Below are positions 1 to 3,116 of a stretch of 5,445 nt of DNA, in pieces. Each line of letters starts with the position of its first letter. The first letter of the stretch is position 1. Origin of the DNA: a virus; the IMG/VR virus record IMGVR_UViG_3300022758_000011, positions 1 through 5,445 of that record. One strand, 5' to 3'. A program made the position numbers and the translations under genes. Under the pieces are notes generated by a model, which saw nothing but the letters and a program-made list of their open reading frames with translations, had not been told where the DNA came from and did not search any database.

Positions 1-127
1 GCGGGTTTAAATCCAATACTCGCATATCAGCAAGGCGGAGCAAGCACACCGGGCGGAGCACAGGGCTCAATCGGGCAAAGCTCGATCAGTGCGCCAAGCG
101 TCGGAACGCAGTCATCCAGTATGCCGA
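1..127. repeat. Terminal direct repeat, copy 1 (identical to 5319-5445); a circular-genome overlap
   Basis: A base-by-base read shows 1-127 equals 5319-5445 exactly. The VP2 reading frame runs through the junction without interruption. The 127-nt length fits a k=127 de Bruijn assembler overlap (inference). Confidence 0.95.
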
Positions 128-354
128 CAATCTCCGGCACAGTAGCAAACTACAGCAAGACAAAAGCCGAAAGCTGGTCATGGACAGACTCGCACGGAGA
201 GCAACATAGTAGCGGCTACAACAGCTATCAAACGGACTTTCCGGACTTAAGTCAGTGGTTCAACCAAAACAGCAACAGCGGCAAACAAACCGCAACAAGT
301 AGCAAGAGAGATAAAGACGGCTTCGGCGGAAGCAGAGGAGGCAGTTTTAAATGA
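1..354 (+). CDS. VP2: VP2 DNA pilot / minor capsid protein, C-terminal part (wraps from 4869-5318; full protein 267 aa)
   Basis: Position 1 is codon position 1 of the frame opened at ATG 4869 ([19 protein letters not shown]...). The frame runs in phase into track ORF 121-354 and stops at TGA 352-354, overlapping the VP4 ATG as ATGA. The Gly/Ser/Gln-rich tail is typical of gokushovirus VP2. Confidence 0.9.
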   Translation, partial: AGLNPILAYQQGGASTPGGAQGSIGQSSISAPSVGTQSSSMPTISGTVANYSKTKAESWSWTDSHGEQHSSGYNSYQTDFPDLSQWFNQNSNSGKQTATSSKRDKDGFGGSRGGSFK

Positions 355-1373
355 GTTGTGCAAGACCACTAATAAGAGTATACAATCCAAACGACCACAA
401 TATAACGGGGTCCATCATGACGCTGGAAACGTACCGCGAAAGGGCGCACAATCCAACAGCAACGTATGAAAGCATTGCGTACAGGACAGACGTGATGTTA
501 CTGCCATGTGGCAAATGTCTGGGATGTAGACTCAGACAACGGCAGGATTGGGAAACAAGAATGCTGATGGAGTCAAAAACACTGTCACCAGTATGGTTTT
601 TAACTCTGACCTGGAATCAAGAGTACGTCCCGGGCATGGTAAGAGCAACCGGCGAGATCATAAGAGGTGCAACACACCAGTGGACGAACGGAGAAGCACC
701 GGAAGTCGTGCAAATACTACTGCAGGAAGACATGGTACGCTTTAACAAGAGACTACGCAAAAAGCAAGAAACGTCCGATAAATGGGGCTTAGACCTAAGA
801 TATTTTTATTGTGGCGAATACGGCGAAAACACGGGCAGACCACATCACCACGGCATTTATTACGGTTTGGAAATTCCAGATCTCAAGAAAAAAAGGGGTG
901 ATAATCCGTACTTCGAAAGCGAAGAGATAAACAAAATCTGGGGAATGGGTAACGTCATCATTGCAGAGGCATCACCAGAAACAATGGCTTATGTAGCAGG
1001 ATACGTAACAAAAAAGACATATGGAAACGACAACAAAAGATATAGGGAGCTAGGCTTAACACCGCCTTATTGTTGTATGTCGAGGAATCCGGGTTTAGGC
1101 TACGACTACTACACGAGCCACAAAAAACAGATGTACACAGATGATGGACTATATTTTAACGGCAAAAAAAGACCGATACCACGATACTTTGATAAAAAGT
1201 ACGAAAGTGAGCATCCGGAAGATCTGTGGGAAACGAAACGTAAAAGGCAGACAAGCGCAATCAACGCGCTAAAGCTCAAAATGAGCAATACAGGGCTGAC
1301 CATCGAACAAGAAGCAAAAGTGGAAGAAGAGACGAAACAGCAGAGGTTTAGAAAAGCCAGAGGGCTGTTATAG
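351..1373 (+). CDS. VP4: VP4 replication initiation protein (HUH rolling-circle endonuclease)
   Basis: This is a 340-aa ORF with SD GAGGAGG at 335-341, 9 nt upstream of the ATG. It has a Cys cluster CGKCLGC (507-527), motif 1 FLTLTW, an HUH-type motif RPHHHGIYY (His codons 843-851), and a two-tyrosine catalytic motif YVAGYVTKK (Tyr codons 990-992 and 1002-1004) spaced like phiX174 gpA YVAKYV. Confidence 0.95.
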   Translation: MSCARPLIRVYNPNDHNITGSIMTLETYRERAHNPTATYESIAYRTDVMLLPCGKCLGCRLRQRQDWETRMLMESKTLSPVWFLTLTWNQEYVPGMVRATGEIIRGATHQWTNGEAPEVVQILLQEDMVRFNKRLRKKQETSDKWGLDLRYFYCGEYGENTGRPHHHGIYYGLEIPDLKKKRGDNPYFESEEINKIWGMGNVIIAEASPETMAYVAGYVTKKTYGNDNKRYRELGLTPPYCCMSRNPGLGYDYYTSHKKQMYTDDGLYFNGKKRPIPRYFDKKYESEHPEDLWETKRKRQTSAINALKLKMSNTGLTIEQEAKVEEETKQQRFRKARGLL

Positions 1374-1378
1374 TGTCA

Positions 1379-1415
1379 GTGGGCCTAATCCTATCAAGAG
1401 AAGGATTAGGCCCAC
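1379..1415 (+). repeat. Perfect 14-bp inverted repeat (stem-loop A) directly after the VP4 stop
   Basis: GTGGGCCTAATCCT (1379-1392) pairs perfectly with AGGATTAGGCCCAC (1402-1415) around the 9-nt loop ATCAAGAGA. No T-run follows, so it is not a canonical intrinsic terminator. Confidence 0.85.
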
Positions 1416-1430
1416 ACCCAAGTTTCACAG

Positions 1431-1439
1431 CTATCCACG
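1431..1439 (+). promoter_or_regulatory. Isolated DnaA-box-like 9-mer CTATCCACG (7/9 to TTATCCACA)
   Basis: This is a direct read. It lies between stem-loops A and B, in the opposite orientation to the downstream TGTGGAAAA boxes. It could be a chance match. Confidence 0.2.
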
Positions 1440-1466
1440 GCTAATTAAAAGCATCATAAAACAAAG

Positions 1467-1499
1467 AAGGGGTCTCCTGTCGCCACGGGAGACCCCTTT
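1467..1499 (+). terminator. GC-rich stem-loop B, candidate intrinsic terminator for the VP2-VP4 transcript
   Basis: AAGGGGTCTCC (1467-1477) pairs with GGAGACCCCTT (1488-1498). Two more pairs form after a T/G mismatch, closing a 4-nt loop CGCC. An A-rich run precedes it, but the trailing T-run is only TTT, so it is weak as a terminator. Confidence 0.45.
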
Positions 1500-1502
1500 C
1501 GT

Positions 1503-1524
1503 GTACGCCCCTAGTAGGGGCTAC
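1503..1524 (+). repeat. Stem-loop C (6-bp GC stem plus a 3-bp outer stem with one bulge)
   Basis: GCCCCT (1507-1512) pairs with AGGGGC (1516-1521) around the loop AGT. Outer GTA (1503-1505) pairs with TAC (1522-1524), with C1506 bulged. It abuts stem-loop B. Confidence 0.5.
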
Positions 1525-1559
1525 CGAGGTACGAGACAAATCATAGGTTCAATTACGAT

Positions 1560-1601
1560 CACGCGCACGCACGCGCGAAACGCGCACGCACGCACGTGTA
1601 T
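1560..1601. repeat. Two alternating purine-pyrimidine (CG/CA) tracts containing a 14-nt direct repeat ACGCGCACGCACGC
   Basis: Strict Pu/Py alternation holds over 1560-1577 (18 nt) and 1580-1601 (22 nt). ACGCGCACGCACGC occurs at 1561-1574 and 1580-1593. There is a central GCGCG-AAA-CGCGC mini-palindrome and a CACGTG palindrome at 1593-1598. Confidence 0.85.
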
Positions 1602-1610
1602 TTGCAAACA

Positions 1611-1633
1611 TCATCTATTATATATAACTTGTT
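1611..1633. other. AT-rich element with the 10-bp perfect palindrome TTATATATAA (1618-1627); candidate unwinding element
   Basis: The sequence TCATCTATTATATATAACTTGTT is read directly. It is the most AT-rich short patch of the region and sits immediately 5' of the TAG-trinucleotide run. It contains AACTTG at 1626-1631. Confidence 0.35.
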
Positions 1634-1634
1634 G

Positions 1635-1649
1635 TAGTAGTAGTGGTAG
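1635..1649 (+). repeat. Trinucleotide run TAG-TAG-TAG-TGG-TAG (DnaA-trio-like)
   Basis: This is a direct read. It is separated by GCAC (1650-1653) from TGTGGAAAA (1654-1662). The published DnaA-trio is 3'-GAT-5', which reads 5'-TAG-3' on that strand, and it lies between a DnaA box and an AT-rich region. Confidence 0.35.
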
Positions 1650-1653
1650 GCAC

Positions 1654-1828
1654 TGTGGAAAAGTTGAAAACGATAATGATTCTTCGTTATCACGTGAAAA
1701 TTAAGAATTATTCGCAGTTGAAAACTTTGTTGAAAACTTGTTGAAATGTTGAAACACTTTAGCAGACTAAAATCTATTGCGTATAACGATGTTGAAAAGT
1801 ATGTGGAAAATGTTGAAACTGTTGAAAA
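1654..1828 (+). repeat. Same-orientation iteron array: TGTGGAAAA x2 plus (T)GTTGAAA(A/C/T) x8 (DnaA-box-like 9-mers)
   Basis: TGTGGAAAA occurs at 1654-1662 and 1802-1810. GTTGAAA starts at 1663, 1717, 1729, 1740, 1748, 1791, 1812 and 1821, with a degenerate GTGAAAA at 1694. Spacings are 8-12 nt, and 1802-1828 is three abutting 9-mers. I found no GTTGAAA elsewhere in the window by eye. All copies are on the + strand. Confidence 0.85.
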
Positions 1829-1856
1829 CTTAAGAAAACCGCGCCTGCAGCGGGCA

Positions 1857-1915
1857 AACCGTTCCGAAGCCGTCAACGCTTACGCGTTGCCACCTTCGAA
1901 GCGGTTAAAATTTTT
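1857..1915 (+). terminator. Long imperfect hairpin followed by AAAATTTTT; candidate terminator or insulator just upstream of the promoter
   Basis: The lower stem 1857-1869 / 1894-1906 has 13 positions: 11 Watson-Crick pairs, 1 G-T and 1 mismatch. Above an internal loop, the upper stem CAACGC (1874-1879) / GCGTTG (1884-1889) closes on the TTAC loop. A T5 run follows at 1911-1915. Confidence 0.5.
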
Positions 1916-1924
1916 ACGAAAAAC

Positions 1925-1952
1925 TTGAAAATAAACAAAAAAATGATATAAT
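1925..1952 (+). promoter_or_regulatory. Sigma70/SigA-type promoter with extended -10: TTGAAA - 16 nt - TGaTATAAT
   Basis: The -35 is TTGAAA (1925-1930). The TG is at 1944-1945 and the consensus -10 TATAAT at 1947-1952. The upstream flank (1907-1923) is A/T-rich. It lies about 35 nt upstream of the strongest SD in the genome (AAGGAGG, 1973-1979). Confidence 0.75.
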
Positions 1953-1985
1953 CAAATAAAGAAAACCCAAAGAAGGAGGTAAACA

Positions 1986-2192
1986 ATGGACAACCACGCA
2001 TACTACCAGCTATACAAAGGATACAGAGGACCAAAAACAGAGGATGAATATGAATACACCATCAAAAAGCTTTACAGACAGCTCAAAAAAGCGTATACTT
2101 TAGATGAGGCGAAAGCCATCATTGACGAAATCTACAAATACAAAGGCCAAAAGGCAGAAATGGAGCTGAACAAATGGCAATCATCAGTGTGA
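1986..2192 (+). CDS. Hypothetical 68-aa tyrosine-rich, charged protein (ORFan); first gene after the promoter
   Basis: SD AAGGAGG (1973-1979) lies 6 nt upstream of the ATG. The protein has 10 Tyr in 68 aa, is Lys/Glu-rich with predicted helical character, and has no hydrophobic segment. I recognise no family for it. Confidence 0.7.
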   Translation: MDNHAYYQLYKGYRGPKTEDEYEYTIKKLYRQLKKAYTLDEAKAIIDEIYKYKGQKAEMELNKWQSSV

Positions 2193-2293
2193 AAGAAGTC
2201 AAGAACGCCATCAAAATCATGATGGAGATCCTGGAAAAGCTGGATGCAATTTACCACGCACTACACGACAAGGAGGACGAAAGCAATGGCTAA
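2174..2293 (+). CDS. Possible 39-aa small protein (amphipathic helix), not in the ORF track
   Basis: ATG 2174 has GGAG (2162-2165) 8 nt upstream. The product is MAIISVKEVKNAIKIMMEILEKLDAIYHALHDKEDESNG. The start overlaps the end of the previous ORF, and the stop TAA 2291-2293 overlaps the next ATG (ATGGCTAA), which fits a translational-coupling chain. It is short, so uncertain. Confidence 0.4.
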   Translation: MAIISVKEVKNAIKIMMEILEKLDAIYHALHDKEDESNG

Positions 2294-2405
2294 ACGTACC
2301 AAGATGACCAGCAGTAAGGACAAAAAAGTCTTTACCCAGACGGCGAAGAAAACCAAAGCCGTCAACGTAAGTCCGAAGAACATGAGAGGAGGCACAAGAC
2401 TGTAA
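2286..2405 (+). CDS. Small highly basic DNA-binding/packaging protein (phiX174 J-like; gokushovirus ORF8-like), not in the ORF track
   Basis: AGGAGG (2271-2276) lies 9 nt upstream of ATG 2286. The product is MAKRTKMTSSKDKKVFTQTAKKTKAVNVSPKNMRGGTRL, with 12 of 39 residues Lys/Arg. The ...F(T)xTA(K)xT...N...P.MRGG.RL pattern matches my recollection of gokushovirus ORF8 peptides. Confidence 0.85.
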   Translation: MAKRTKMTSSKDKKVFTQTAKKTKAVNVSPKNMRGGTRL

Positions 2406-2647
2406 TGCTCAAACGTTATTATTCAATCTACGACAAGGTCTCCAAGTCCTACAGCGGACTTTTCGAGCAGCAGAACGACGCTGTTGCAAGCAGACTCTTT
2501 GAGAGCCAGCGGAAGAACAAAGACAGCTTTATCAGCATGAAGCCGGAAGACTTCGGGCTGTACTACATCTGCACCATGGAGGACGAAACCGGCCAGATTA
2601 TCGATAACACCAAAATGCTGGTGTGTGAGGGCAAGCCCAATGAGTGA
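2405..2647 (+). CDS. VP5: VP5-like small conserved non-structural protein (80 aa)
   Basis: The ATG overlaps the preceding TAA as TAATG. The pattern YSIYD..(K).Y...F...ND..A.R.F......PEDF.LYYI...D.ETGQI matches the small VP5/ORF5-type protein found next to VP3 in gokushoviruses. The family assignment is from memory, not a search. Confidence 0.8.
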   Translation: MLKRYYSIYDKVSKSYSGLFEQQNDAVASRLFESQRKNKDSFISMKPEDFGLYYICTMEDETGQIIDNTKMLVCEGKPNE

Positions 2648-3116
2648 GTTCAGAAGCGCATACAGCGGCCACGTGAGACATACGAGTCCAACCGGGAACG
2701 GACACGAGCCCGAATACGAGTACAAAGTAACCGAAACCGGCAGAGAGTTGGTAAAAACCGGCGAAACAGACATCTATGCACTCATCCAGAGCCGTCTCGA
2801 TGAAACCAAAATCGAAAACATCATCAAAAGAGCAACCTACGATCCGGCGGCGCTGGGCAGCCAGGAATGGCAGAACAGTGCACAGATGGTAGACATCACC
2901 GACGTGCCGACGGACTACCACACATGGTACAACCGCATAGAGGACGCAAAGAAGCAGTTTGAAGCGCTGCCCATCGAAGTCAAAAACAAGTGGGACAACG
3001 ATGTGGAAAAATACATCATGGCCTATGGAACCCAAGAGTGGGCAGACAAAATGGGCATAGCAAAACAGAAAGCCGAAGCGGAAAAACCGGCTGAAAAAAG
3101 TGAGGTGAAAGAATGA
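2640..3116 (+). CDS. VP3: VP3 internal scaffolding protein (158 aa from ATG 2640; the track's GTG 2625 start is less likely)
   Basis: GAGGG (2627-2631) lies 8 nt upstream of ATG 2640, which overlaps the upstream stop (ATGAGTGA). The C-terminal AKKQFEALPIEVKNKWDNDVEKYI resembles the conserved F..LP..(V/I)(R/K)..(F/W).N(D)... block of gokushovirus VP3. The stop overlaps the VP1 ATG as ATGA. Confidence 0.9.
   Translation: MSEFRSAYSGHVRHTSPTGNGHEPEYEYKVTETGRELVKTGETDIYALIQSRLDETKIENIIKRATYDPAALGSQEWQNSAQMVDITDVPTDYHTWYNRIEDAKKQFEALPIEVKNKWDNDVEKYIMAYGTQEWADKMGIAKQKAEAEKPAEKSEVKE

Noticed and set aside
1-127. Terminal direct repeats as a biological feature (LTR, DTR packaging signal or transposon ends)
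   Set aside because: A single ORF reads through the junction, and the gene set is that of a circular ssDNA microvirus. The exact 127-nt overlap is best explained by linearisation or assembly of a circle.
121-354. Track ORF of 77 aa treated as an independent gene
   Set aside because: It is the in-frame C-terminal tail of VP2. The frame is open from position 1 and is continuous with 4869-5318 across the circular junction.
548-745. Alternative-frame + strand ORFs inside VP4 and VP1 (548-745, 4008-4250, 4498-4692) as overlapping genes, for example an E-like lysis gene
   Set aside because: They have no SD (548 starts at a TTG). Their Arg/Ser/Thr-rich sequences have no transmembrane helix and no recognisable motif, so they are most likely frame artefacts of GC-rich coding sequence. 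This cannot be fully excluded without conservation analysis.
1225-1233. Additional DnaA-box-like 9-mers inside coding sequence (TGTGGGAAA at 1225-1233; TGTGGCAAA near 505-513)
   Set aside because: Each has a mismatch to the relaxed consensus. They are isolated and sit inside the VP4 coding sequence, which is consistent with chance occurrence. I used them only as background for judging the intergenic cluster.
1546-1554. tRNA T-loop-like GGTTCAATT suggesting a tRNA or tRNA-like element
   Set aside because: The flanking bases cannot form the 5-bp T-stem (upstream CATAG versus downstream ACGAT). No acceptor or anticodon arms are evident.
1595-1640. dif-like XerC/XerD site, as some gokushovirus prophages integrate at dif
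   Set aside because: I compared both strands by eye with the E. coli dif (GGTGCGCATAATGTATATTATGTTAAAT) and the B. subtilis dif. Only the ATAAT/TATATA core-like AT-rich bases match, and the XerD arm (TTATGTTAAAT) aligns only with a 3-nt insertion. This is not convincing.
1654-1828. CRISPR array or CRISPR-repeat mimic (GTTGAAAC resembles the ATTGAAAC 3' end / 8-nt crRNA tag of many type I/III repeats)
   Set aside because: The repeats are only 8-9 nt, with 0-3 nt between many copies. There are no spacer-sized unique segments and no full-length repeat with a stem. The resemblance covers only a short A-rich motif. An RNA-level anti-CRISPR decoy role is too speculative to report as a finding.
1501-1928. 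ORFs inside the non-coding region (1501-1704 +, 1746-1928 +, 1559-1876 -)
   Set aside because: Their sequences are dictated by the repeats: HARNAHART comes from the CG/CA tract and VEKYVENVETVEN from the GTTGAAA iterons. 1501 uses a GTG start inside a hairpin, none has an SD, and 1746-1928 runs through a hairpin/T-run into the promoter.
2625-2639. GTG 2625 as the VP3 start (track annotation, 163 aa)
   Set aside because: No SD precedes 2625. ATG 2640 has GAGGG 8 nt upstream and forms the ATGAGTGA start/stop overlap typical of this genome. The 5-codon difference does not affect the functional call.
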